A stretch of 64,000 bases of DNA from Chiloscyllium plagiosum (taxonomy: Eukaryota), in contig NC_057718.1 of assembly GCF_004010195.1 (NCBI RefSeq), forward strand, positions 67,296,588-67,360,587, given 5' to 3'. The notes under the pieces are model-generated. The model was not told the origin of the DNA. It searched no databases and saw only the letters and a list, made by a program, of their open reading frames with translations. The stretch's first letter is position 1; each line of letters begins with the position of its first letter. Both the position numbers and the translations under genes were made by a program. Of this stretch, positions 38,701-49,654 are shown one piece after another.

Positions 38701-39399
38701 TCTGGTCTCTCACATCTCTACGGGCGGGTGGGAGCAGAGGTTGAGTGATGCTGTTGGGTTGCAGACAGTAAAGTGCAGTCTGGTAACATTTTCTCTAAGC
38801 TATACAGCTGCTCAGAAGTTCCATGCATGCTGTTTGACTTGCCAGTTCATTGACTCCTTTTTCAAGAAGCCACTGTCAGATAATGGCAGTGGAATGGCAG
38901 CTAAGATTATGGGGAACATAGCTGTCAGAGCGCCTTTTAAATATAGCACACAGAAGTTGGAGCCTAGAGGGTTCTGGTGGGCTTTAGAAATTTCTGCCTG
39001 CTCATAAAATGGGTCATTTTACCCACACATGAATATGCAATCAACTAAGAACATAATTGTGTAAAAAAACCCAACCCACTCCTGAGCAGAAGCACTTCCT
39101 GCCTCCACATTTAGTCTGAAAAACAAGATTCTGCCAACTGTCTCTGAATTTAATACTTCACACAAGAGAGTTGCAAAACCCTATTGATCATAAGTAGACA
39201 TAAATGTCGAGTTTCTATCGTTGTACAGCAATGGTGAATTTTCCTGTCACTTGAATGTTCAGCAGAGAAGAAAAAAAGACCAGTTTACGGTCTTAGTTGA
39301 TACTGTCTTAGGTGAGACTTTAGACCATGTCTTGACTTGCTGAAGTGCTTGTCTGTTCAGCTTGTAAAGTGAGTGTTGGGGGGAGGGGGCGGATGGAGG

Positions 39400-39650
39400 T
39401 ATTAGCTTTGTGCCATGCTCACTTGCCCTAAAGGCACTTCACAAATGTTGAAATCATTTGATGATACTGAATTCTCCATTTGGATCTGTCCAAGGATATT
39501 TTTTCCCCACATTTGGGATCCAGCTTGCAAGGTTGGTTTTCAGATTGTCTTTATATCAAAGTTTGGCAGGTCCCGTGATGTAGTTGTGGAGTACTGTTCT
39601 TGGTAAGCTGAGCTCTGAGAGCATGCTCTAGGTGCCAGGCACATGACCCT
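39400..39650 (-). mobile_element. Old RTE-type LINE C-terminal remnant
   Basis: LPRTVL, YKDNLKTNL and LDRSKWR. Confidence 0.45.
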
Positions 39651-40486
39651 TTGCAAGGACCTTGGCACTGGGAATTTTAAACAAAATAGAATACAAGTAG
39701 ATCTTATAAATCCAGTTGCTTTAGGTGATGCCTATAGGTATTCAAGTGTAGCACTCCTAATTAAAATTCACAGAATAGAGATTTCAGTCTTTGTTCTGAG
39801 TCAAACTTTATGCTCTTTCCAAAGTCAATAAGTGAGTCTGCCAAACATTATACCTGCTTTGGCAGTGATGACTGCCATGCAATGTAGTGCAACAGGAGAG
39901 GTTCCTCTCAAAACCTCTGTACTGAACTTAGAAGGCTTGGAGTCTGTGACCAGTGCGCACCTGTCTTCTTCTAACTTATCATCCAGTCAAAAGTTTTCTA
40001 AGTCAGGGCAAAGTGATTGACGAGCATTTGAATGCCCCCTGGAGTATGTGCTGTGAAAGCACAGTCACCTGCAAACAGGAGTTCATTCAGTAGTTGTGTA
40101 CTCTCTGTAGCCTGTGACTCTCTGGCTTATAGCTTTAAATGATTCTGGATTGACAATATTAGATCATGTGACTGAACCTGACTTCATAAAAAGAATCTTA
40201 TCAACCTAAGAGCCAGGCAGAGACAAGACAATCAACAGACTAATAGGACAAGAGGTAATATTCCTCTGACCAGAAGAACAGTGTTGCCAGTTACCTCTCT
40301 CGACAAACTGTTTTTGGCTTGGCACAAAGAGGAAAAAAGTCAAATTTGTATCGACTAACCAGCACCTTTATTAGTTTAGTTAAAACAGACATACAATTCA
40401 AACCATTTAGTTAGGAAAAGGTTAACAGCAGGCATGCAATTTATGTAAGGCTAAAATTCAAATGCATAATTTTAAAATAGTAGCCA

Positions 40487-40673
40487 TGATGTGGAGATGC
40501 CAGTATTGGACTGGGATGAACAAAGTCTGAAGTCACACAACACAACAAGTTTTTGATACCCCAAGCTTTTGGAGAATTGCTTCTTTGTCACCTGACAAAG
40601 GAGCAGCGCTTTGAAAGCTTGTGATTTCAAATAAACCTGACCGGCTATAACCTGGTGTTGTGTGACCTCTAAC
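40487..40673. mobile_element. Short PLE-derived element, third family (also ~7205-7350 and 54245-54345)
   Basis: Partial inverted structure. Degenerate hammerhead CTGACAAAGGAGCAGCGCTTTGAAAGCTT at 40592-40620. Confidence 0.55.
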
Positions 40674-41042
40674 TTAGTTTTTGAATGATGTTCTCTGAAC
40701 AGTCAACAAAAATGAAGGCTAATACCTGAGGATAAAAGCTTACGTTGGCCAGGCGGTTTCTTCTTCTTGATGTCTTCTCCATAATTACAAATGGGGTGGG
40801 GGGGGTGGCGCATGACTTTGCGAATGTTGCTGTCTGGAGTTTTTGCTGATGGTATACCAAAATCTTTCATCTTTATCCTTTTTCCTTACCTTTCAAAACT
40901 GTGGGGTTTTGTTCTTATTGGTTCCTGGCTCATCTGAGCACCGGTGGCTTTCCATGATAGACTCACTCCAAGGCCTTTAGGATTACCTCATTATTCATTC
41001 TCCAGATAGGACCTGCACCCTATGTCATTCCTCTGAACTGAT

Positions 41043-41441
41043 CTGGTTTGAGCCAGCCCAAGCCAATGGCTGGGACTCAGGTAACTTCAGTTCTCAAGCT
41101 TGCTGTTTTTATGTGTGAGCAGCCCCTGGTCAACGGCAGAATCCTGCCTAACAATAAGTCCTCACTGGCAGTATTAATTGGCCTAATTTATCTTTACCTG
41201 AAAAGATTTAGCCCTACAGAAACTTAAGTGATAATTTCACCTGGTTTGAGCCAGCCCAAGCCAATGTCTGGGACTCAGGTAACTTCAGTTCTCAAGCTTG
41301 CTGTTTTTATGTGTGAGCAGCCCCTGGTCAACAGCAGAATCCTGCCTAACAATAAGTCCTCACTGGCAGTATTAATTGGCCTAATTTATCTTTACCTGAA
41401 AAGATTTAGCCCTACAGAAACTTAAGTGATAATTTCACCTG
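41043..41441 (+). repeat. 198-bp tandem duplication
   Basis: 41043-41240 versus 41241-41438, two substitutions seen, CTG at the junctions. Confidence 0.97.
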
Positions 41442-41629
41442 ACAATCCAGAGGCTTCCAATATTCCTTCTTTACCAAAGAACCAGGAGAGAGAACTCATC
41501 CAGCCTGCATGGTGTACATCTTAAAAGACTGAAATTTCTACAAGTGATTTCTTTATTTTGGTTTTGCTAATACTCTAAACACAGACTTTATTTATAAAAT
41601 CCATGCGAATTGAATGCCTATCAGTCCAG

Positions 41630-42490
41630 GGGACTGTCAAAGAACACAGGAGAATATAGATAGACTGGAGAGTTGGGTGGAGAAGTGGCAGATGGAGTTC
41701 AATCCAGGCAAATGTGAGGTGATGCATTTTGGGAAGTCTAATTCTAGAGCGATCTATACTGTAAATGGGAAAGCCTTGGGAAAACATGATGAGCAGAGAG
41801 ATCTGGGAGTTCAGGTACATTGTGGCTGCACAGGTACATAGAGTGGTCAAGAAGGCATATGTATGCTTGTCTTCATCAGGCGGGGAATTGAGCTGGCAGG
41901 TCATGTTAAAATTGTACAAGAGATTGGTTCGGTCGCATTTAGAATACTGTGTACAGTTCTGGTCGCCACATTACCAAAAGGATGTGGACGCTTTGGAGAG
42001 GGTGCAGAGGTTTACGAGGATGTTGCCTGGTATGGAAGGTGCTAGCTATGAAGAGAGGTTGAGTAGGTTAGGGTTGTTTTCATTAGAGAAAAGGAGATTG
42101 AGGGGTGGACCTGATTGAGGACTACAAAATCATGAGGGGTATAGACAGGGTGGATAGAGATAATTTTTTCTCCCAGGGTGAGGAATTCAATAATAAAAGG
42201 TCATGCATTCAAGGTGAGAGGTGAAAACTTTAAGGGGGGATACACGTGGAAAGTACTTTACACAGAGGGTGGTAGGTGCCTGGAATGTGTTGCCAGCTGA
42301 GGTAGTAGAGGTAGGCGCGGTAGATTCATTTAAAGTGCATCTGAACAGTTGCATGAGTAGGTGGGGAGCAGAGCGATACAGATCCTTAGGAATTGGGCAA
42401 TAGGTTCAGACAGTGGATTTGGATTGGCTCAGGCTTAGAGAGCTGAAAGGCCTGTTCCTGGGCTGTACATTTTCTTTGTTCTTTGTTCTA
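41630..42490 (+). mobile_element. CR1 LINE 3' end
   Basis: WVEKWQMEFNPGKCEVMHFGK and LKLYKRLVRSHLEYCVQFWSPHYQKDVDALERVQ. (TTCTTTG)n tail. Confidence 0.92.
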
Positions 42491-43104
42491 TCCAAGAACT
42501 GGTTTCAGAGTCATGACAAGTGAGAGAAAGTTGTCCCATTTTCTCCCTCTCCTGTTTATAACTGTCGTGAATAAAATAAATCTCAACTTAATTCCTAGTA
42601 TGGAGACAAGCAGAGAAGTGCTCAGATCCTACACAAATTGACAGGCTCACTTGAAAGATGGTTCCTCAGGGTAGAAGAATAGTTCAGAACAGGAACTTGA
42701 AGAAATTCTTCTGAGCTTAGGGCTAAAACACTTGGTTGAATATGTGTAGTTGAAGGTTGTGGAACTCACTGAGCTGTACCCCAGGAATAATTGAATGTGT
42801 CTAAAGCTGAAACAAGATTTAATTCCCCAGTAACGGCATTCCTCTCCTTGATGATCACAAAAATGTCTCCAAGAAATCAATGCATAAGATGGTTTCTCAA
42901 TAGTTTGCTTTTGCTTTGAAATTACTTATTAACACTCTTAAATGTACATTATTCTATGCTTCATGTATTTTGTTGTGAAAGTTACTTATTGCTTTGTCTC
43001 TGTTAGCATTTTCTTGGTGATATGGGAATCCATCCCAAAGTTGGTACAAATATCTGCAAATTACAAGAGATGTTGAAGCAAGTGGACCCTGTGGGAGCAT
43101 GGCC

Positions 43105-43315
43105 AAGACCTATCACCTTCTCCCTGACCTCCATCAATCTATCACACTCTCAGATACTTTCCCCGCAGCCCCACCCCCTCCCTCCCATTTACCTCTCACC
43201 TCCTCGGCTCATAAGCCTCATTCCTGATGAAGGGCTCTTGCCTGAAACCTCGATTCTCCTGCTCCTCGGATGCTGCCTGACCTGCTGTGCTTTTCCAGCA
43301 CCACACTCTCGAAAC
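43105..43315 (+). mobile_element. PLE 3' end with hammerhead module
   Basis: C-rich 3' UTR followed by CATTCCTGATGAAGGGCTCTTGCCTGAAACCTCGATTC. Confidence 0.75.
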
Positions 43316-43610
43316 TGAGAAAATGACTAAGTGATATTTGTGAACTATTTGACTATTAAACATGTATATTGTATGTGCATTGTAACCCATTTAAAACAAA
43401 TTTCTGCCACCTGATCCTATTAAGTCATACTAATTTTATCAATGAATATTGAACAGAATGTAGTGACCAAATGATATCAGGAGTCATGCTTAGTCCAGGA
43501 GGCATATTTTTTAACGTGAGAGGAGAAAGGTTTAAAAAAGATATGAGAGACAACATTTTTACACAGAGAGTGCGCAAAAGGTAGGACTAGTTTTTTTTGG
43601 GGTTATGATC

Positions 43611-44221
43611 GATGTGGTCTCCTCGACATCGGGGAGATAGGACGTCAACTCACGGAGCATTTCAGGGAACATCTCTGGGACACATGCACCAAACACCCCA
43701 CCACTTCCTGTGTCTGACCACTTCCCTGTCCCACTCTCCCAATATCATGCAAGTCCTAGGCCTCCTCCAACGGCAAATCAAAGCCACCCGACAACTGGAG
43801 GAAGAACGGCTAATCTTCCACTTTGGGACCCTTCAACCACAAGGCATCAACATCAACTTCAGTGGTTTCCAAATCTCCCCCCACCTCATCTCAGATTCAA
43901 CCCCCCACTTCAGCACCGCTGTCTTGACCTGTCCTACTTGTCCATCTTCTTCCCACCTATACATTCCATCCTCCCCACCGACGTATCACAATTACCCTGC
44001 ACTTGCATCCACTTCTCGCCTTCCCACTGACCTTACACCCAGCCTCACCCCACACCCCAATTTATCTCTCATCCCCCTTCGGCTTCCACATTCCTGATGA
44101 AGAGCTTATGCCCAAAACGTTGACTCTCCTGCTCCTTGGATGCTACATGACCTGCTGAGCTTTTCTAGTGTCACCCTTTTCAACTCTGACTCTCCAGTAT
44201 CTGCAGTCCTCACTTTCTCCT
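43611..44221 (+). mobile_element. PLE 3' fragment (GIY-YIG endonuclease C-terminus, 3' UTR, hammerhead module)
   Basis: CGLLDIGEIGRQLTEHFREHL...ATRQLEEERLIFHFGTLQPQGININF. Flanking repeat GGTTATGATC (43601-43610, 44222-44231). Confidence 0.85.
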
Positions 44222-45597
44222 GGTTATGATCAGCATGGATTGGTTGGACTGAAGGATCTGGTTCCATGCTGTATGATTCTATTAGCATTCCACAGGATAA
44301 CAAAGATAGCAATGGAAAAAGAGAGGGGAGAGGATCATTTATGAGCTTGCAATTTGCACCTTAATAACAGAGGAAGTACAAATCAAAGATCAATTGCTTT
44401 TCTAATAAGTTTGTCTTAAAAACATGTATTTAATGGAGATTTGTTTAAAAATACAACAGAAATGTAGGGCACTTTCAAAGAGTCAGTAAAGGTATGATGG
44501 ACTGGATTGAAGTGGAACACCTGCAGTTACCTGAGGTACTGTACACCATGAAATATTAATAATAAATGTACCACCATAACCATGTGAAGTTTCTTGGTCT
44601 ACTATTTTTACAAAGTTAGTAGCAAAATTAAATTAACCAGTTATCCATTTGTTACAGATAAAAGTTTCTGATAGATACGTTCTTAAAGTAATACTAAACA
44701 GCAAACTTTCCACCCCGTCAACAACCTGCTGACCTAACTTCCCTTTTTAAAAGAAGGCAGAGAACATTTTTTAATGGATCTAATTACAAGTTACAAAGTT
44801 CATTTAAACACTGAAATGTTAAGCCTGCATGTTACACACATAGTTCATATTTTAATAAATCAAGAAAATTTGTTGCATTTGTAGCATCCAACAATATTGT
44901 GCTGCTGGGCTCATAATTAGTTGCAGAAGCTTTCTCCTAGTTCATATTTCATGTTTCTACAAAATTCATATTTCAGCAAGATCTGTGTTATTTTGACAGC
45001 AATGTTAGTGAGATTTATAGTTTGCAATTATGGTTAATGTGATATCAGAGTCCAAGTATTGGTTGAAGTAATTCTTATGGTACAAATAAGCAGCAAGGAT
45101 CTCTTTCAACCTGTGACAGACAATGGAGAAGGATCATGGAAAAACTGTAGAGCAGCCTTGTTAGTTTTTTTCTATCTGTGTGTACCGTGTCTATTCATGC
45201 CATCACTGTGTCAGTCACGGTTACCACCTGTTTAGCACTTGCCTTCAGGTTTCATCACCTCTGCAGAGATTAAACAGCCATCTGCAGGAAATGGAGCTAC
45301 TTGCCCTAAAGCATCAACTGTCAGGTTGTGAATTTCAGAGCGTAATTGCTGTTTGCACATAAACAAAGCTCACTTATCTCTTTGGCAGTGCAGATCAGAG
45401 TCCTGTGAAACGCCCAACTCACACACTGCACTGTGCAAAACATATTAGAGATTCAGCTGCCTGCTGCAAAAGACAGCAGTGACTTTTTAAGGCATGTTTT
45501 CTTAGTTCATGTTATGATGTGCAGGTGGATATTTTTTGCCAGTCATGCAATTATTTTTTTCTCCCTGATAATATTTTCAATGCTAGAAAATGCTAGT

Positions 45598-45933
45598 GGG
45601 CGGCACGGTGGCACAGTGGTTAGCACTGCTGCCTCACAGCACCAGAGACCCGGGTTCAATTCCCGCCTCAGACGACTGTCTGTGTGGAGTTTGCACATTC
45701 TCCCCGTGTCTGCGTGGGTTTCCTCCGGGTGCTCCGGTTTCCTCCCACAATCCAAAGATGTGCAGGTCAGGTGAATTGACCATGTTAAATTGCCCGTAGT
45801 GTTAGGTAATGGGTAGATGATGGGGTATGGGTGGGTTGCGCTTCGGCGGGTCGGTGTGGACTTGTTGGGCCGAAGGGCCTGTTTCCACACTGTAAGTAAT
45901 CTAATCTAATCTAAAGTAATCTAATCTAATCTA
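45598..45933 (+). mobile_element. HE1-type SINE, young CpG-rich copy
   Basis: A box TGGCACAGTGG, B box GGGTTCAATTCC and a duplicated (AATCT)n tail. Confidence 0.92.
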
Positions 45934-46539
45934 AAAAGCATGTTGCAAGTACCATGTACTGTAAAAGTAAAAGGCCATTGGAGCACAGGTTTTATTGTAG
46001 ATTTCATGACCATCCTCTATTGATAATGTGAGCAGTGTGAATGATCTGGAAAACTACATACTACTCAAGACTCAATGACTTTACTGTGCTATCATTGGTT
46101 CAGAGGTGCCAGAACGTGCACAAAATCTTGGGAGGAGCACAGCTCCAAGCTGAGAAAGAAACTGGGCCTTTAGGACACCTGTACTTCTCCATTGCTGGTA
46201 AAAACCTGGCCATGAGCTATCAGGTACTATTGGTGTTGTATGTGGTGCAAGTCTAGCCTCCTCCCAGAACCTGCACAGTTGCAGCCACAGAAGCTATCTT
46301 CCACTTCATCCAGAGGTCTATGATGGACTATGTCTGCAGGGACAACATGTGCAAAGTTCTGGATAAGGGGGGGTGGGTGAAGATGTACTCAATGCCTCCC
46401 TCATCTGATGATCATATTTGTGTGTGGCTGCATCAAGCTGTGAATGGACCCCCAGATCACAAGCAACAAGTGTCATAAGCTTAGTTCTTTACCTAAATTC
46501 ACAGTTTTGAATTTATGTTTTGGATATATTCTAATTAAT

Positions 46540-48250
46540 GGTTAATTGTCCAGTCTGGTTTCCCACATTCACCATCAGCAATCATTAGCTAATGAGTATG
46601 ATTGTCCACTAAGAAAGTGTCACATATCACTGTTTATGGGTTCTGTGAATCCTTGTGTGTCTGATGAACCTGATTGTAGAGCCACTTCTGCGACCACACA
46701 TTTATCAGATGTTTCCGGAGGTTTCTTTGCATTCCTTTCTCCAGTTTTTTTTCTTGCCAGTGGGTTTTGCCAAAGACTGATGCCCCTTCATAGGAGAGTT
46801 TCCTCCAAGTCAGTTTTTTCTAAATGAGGATCTCGCAAGTATTGACATCTTTGTTGCATTTCTGAAGGGAAGTCTTCAGTGAGTCTTTGCAGCACTTTTG
46901 TTTTCCTCTCATTCAAATATTTCCTTCAGGTGAACAAAAAAGTTTTGCTTTGACATCCTAACTTAGTCATCCTAAGCATGTGGCAAAAGTGAGGACTGCA
47001 GATGCTGGAAACCAGAGTCTAGATTAGAGTGGTGCTGGAAAAGCACAGCAGGTCAGGCAGCATCCAAGGAGCAGGAAAATCGACGTTTCAGACAAAAGTA
47101 CGTGCGAAACACGTGGCCCACTCAATGAAATTGGTTTCAGCTGATCCGGACTCAGTGCTAGTCCTGTTGGCTATTTCAAGGACACTGATGCTAGTATACC
47201 TGACCTCTGACTGATGGGGAGTATCGATCGCAAATAAACATGTTCGATGTTTGGGAGGATTTCTCTATTATCTTAATGGTGAGATGAACTGGGACTTGAG
47301 TCTTTAGGTTGAGACTGAGACCAGTTCTTCAGTTTGCTTTTGCAAAGACATTAATCGAAGTTTGAAGACTCTCTTCCAAGAGAGTAGAGATGATGTTGTT
47401 AAGCACGCACTGAAGTTTCTTGAGAAAGGTTGGTGTCTTTCTTTTTGGATTTCAACCAGTTTATGTGAACAGTTTTCCGTCCATCCTGTAGACAGTGTCC
47501 ATACCACTGTAAGCCTTGTTCTTGCTGATGAAAAATGGTGACAGTGACACATGCCTGCTTCATCCTGTCTTGATCTCAAAGGTTCCATCATTTTACAGTG
47601 AGTGCAGGCTGTCTTCGACATTTTGTCATGGAAGAGACAGAGCATTTTGATGATTTTTCTCTGAACAGCTGACCTTTGACCGGATCTTCCATAGATAGCA
47701 CTTCCCAGTTGACCTGGTAAAATTGACAAAGGCCATGTAGAGCAGTTGTTTTGTTTCTAGCATTGCTCTTGGAGTTGCTGAGCAGTGAAAATCATATCCA
47801 TAGTTCCATGGCTTGGTTGGAAGCTGCACTGGCTTTTGGGAAAGATTTCCTCAGAGACTAAGAGAAGGCGCCTAGCGAGGACTCGGGTGATGATCTTCGC
47901 AGCGATGGAGAATAAGGAGTTTCCTTGATAGTTCCCACAATCCATTTTATTTCCTTTGTTGAAGAGAGTGGTGATGACAGCATCCCAGAGATATGCAGGG
48001 ATTTCTTCTTGGTTTTCGATTTTCAGGAACAGTTGATGGAGATAATGGTAAGCTCTACTCTTCCAAGTTTGAAATTCCCCACTGGAATCCCATTTATAAC
48101 TGTCCCTTTTCCTGTCTTCATTTGTCTAAGAACAACTTCAACTTCTACCACATTAGGTGGGAGTCCAAAATCATCTTTAATGAGGAGTTGGGGGATTTCC
48201 TCAAACATGTAGATCAGATGTTTGCAAACTTGGATCAATATTCAACATGA
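46540..48250 (-). mobile_element. RTE-clade LINE fossil, with a short PLE insert at ~46985-47095
   Basis: DCGNYQGNSLFSIAAKIITRVLARRL..EEIFPKSQCSFQPSHGTMDMIFTAQQLQEQC and LYMAFVNFT. Confidence 0.85.
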
Positions 48251-48684
48251 GTGAAAAGCATGAAAAAAAGCTATCTACAAAATAAAAGACAAAAGACATA
48301 GATAAAACACAATAAACAAAAAAACTGGGGTGGAGGGGGAAAAGCGAAAATATAAATTAAGGACCATAAGACATAGGAGCATTCAGTCTATTGAGTCCAC
48401 TGTACCATTCAATAAGTTTGTGGCTGATTGGATAACATTCAACTCCATTCTCCTACCAATTCCCATAATCCTAATTCCCTTAATAATAGAAATCTGTCTA
48501 CTGAGCTTTGAATATACTTAATAACCATGTCCTGATGGCTCTCTGCTATAAAGAATTCGATGAAATCACCAAACCTTGAGAGAAGAAATTCTTCTTCATT
48601 TCCATCTTAAATGAGCAACTCCTTTCTCTGAGTTATAACCCTCTCCCAGACTCTCCCACAAGGGAGAGTCTGCTAAGAATCTTA

Positions 48685-48925
48685 CATGCTCATGCAGAGG
48701 GTGGTACGTGTATGGAATGAGCTGCCAGAGGAAGTGGTGGAGGTTAGTACAATTGCAACATTTAAAGGCATCTGGATGGATATATGAATAGGAAGGGTTT
48801 GGAGGGATATGGGCCGAATGCTGACAGGTGGGACTAGATTGGGTTGGGATATCTGGTCAGCATAGGTGGGTTGGACTGAAGGGTCTGTTTCTGTGCTGTA
48901 CATCTCTATGACTGTATGACTCTAT
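48685..48925 (+). mobile_element. CR1 3' tail
   Basis: WNELPEEVVE..TFK. Tail CTATGACTGTATGACTCTATG. Confidence 0.8.
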
Positions 48926-49620
48926 GTACTAAAGTTCTTCCTCTCCCCAGCATTATGAAGAATAGCACTGGCCTGAGAGGCACAGGACACTTAAAATAGT
49001 TAGTCCATTTCATGTCACCTGTTCATGGAAAAATCTGCAAAGCTTTTGACCACAAGTCCATCAGGTTGTTGTTAGCACCTAGTGTCCTTGAGACCCTGCA
49101 AGAAAAGAAGAGGGTGGCTCCTGTCGCATGGTTCTCTCAGCAGACTGTCAAAGTCATTTGGCTGAATGTCTCATCACCAAAGCTTTCCAGCAAGCACCAG
49201 AACATGGCTTGGCTGGTGGTGAGAAGTGTAATACCTGCAAGATCCTTCAGGAATGCCCAGACACTCTGTGTCACCGCATGCTGCCCTTGAAGCGATTACA
49301 GAAGGGATGAGACTTACATGTTCCTACTATAGCATGCTTTGCAAAGAAAGCCAGGAGAGAGATGAAGTGTTTTTTGTCAACTTGGTGAAAGATGCTCGTT
49401 GGTCTGTCCAAAGCTTGTTGGTCTTCCAGTACAAGGAGCTGACCTCATCTGAATGGTGCACACAGGTGCCTTCCAAGATGCAGGACTTGTGTAAGGGAGA
49501 CACTGAAGCTTAGGACAGCTGCGGTCAAGGTGCAGTGTGGAAAGATCACCATCTAAGGTCTTTTAGCCAATGTACAATGGGGGTCCGCTCAGTTATCGAA
49601 CTCTACCAGTACTTAAAATT
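48926..49620 (+). mobile_element. Tx1-type LINE fragment, 3' UTR resumes at ~52720-52907
   Basis: FDHKSIR..SVLETLQEK..KVIWLNVSSPKLSSKHQNMAWLVVR, homologous to 30709-31440. Confidence 0.8.
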
Positions 49621-49654
49621 TTGAGGAAGTTTGTTGTTCAGGTTAAGATTCTGA

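Noticed and set aside
45598..45670. tRNA gene
   Set aside because: The A and B boxes belong to the SINE head and continue into the SINE core. I cannot build a cloverleaf.
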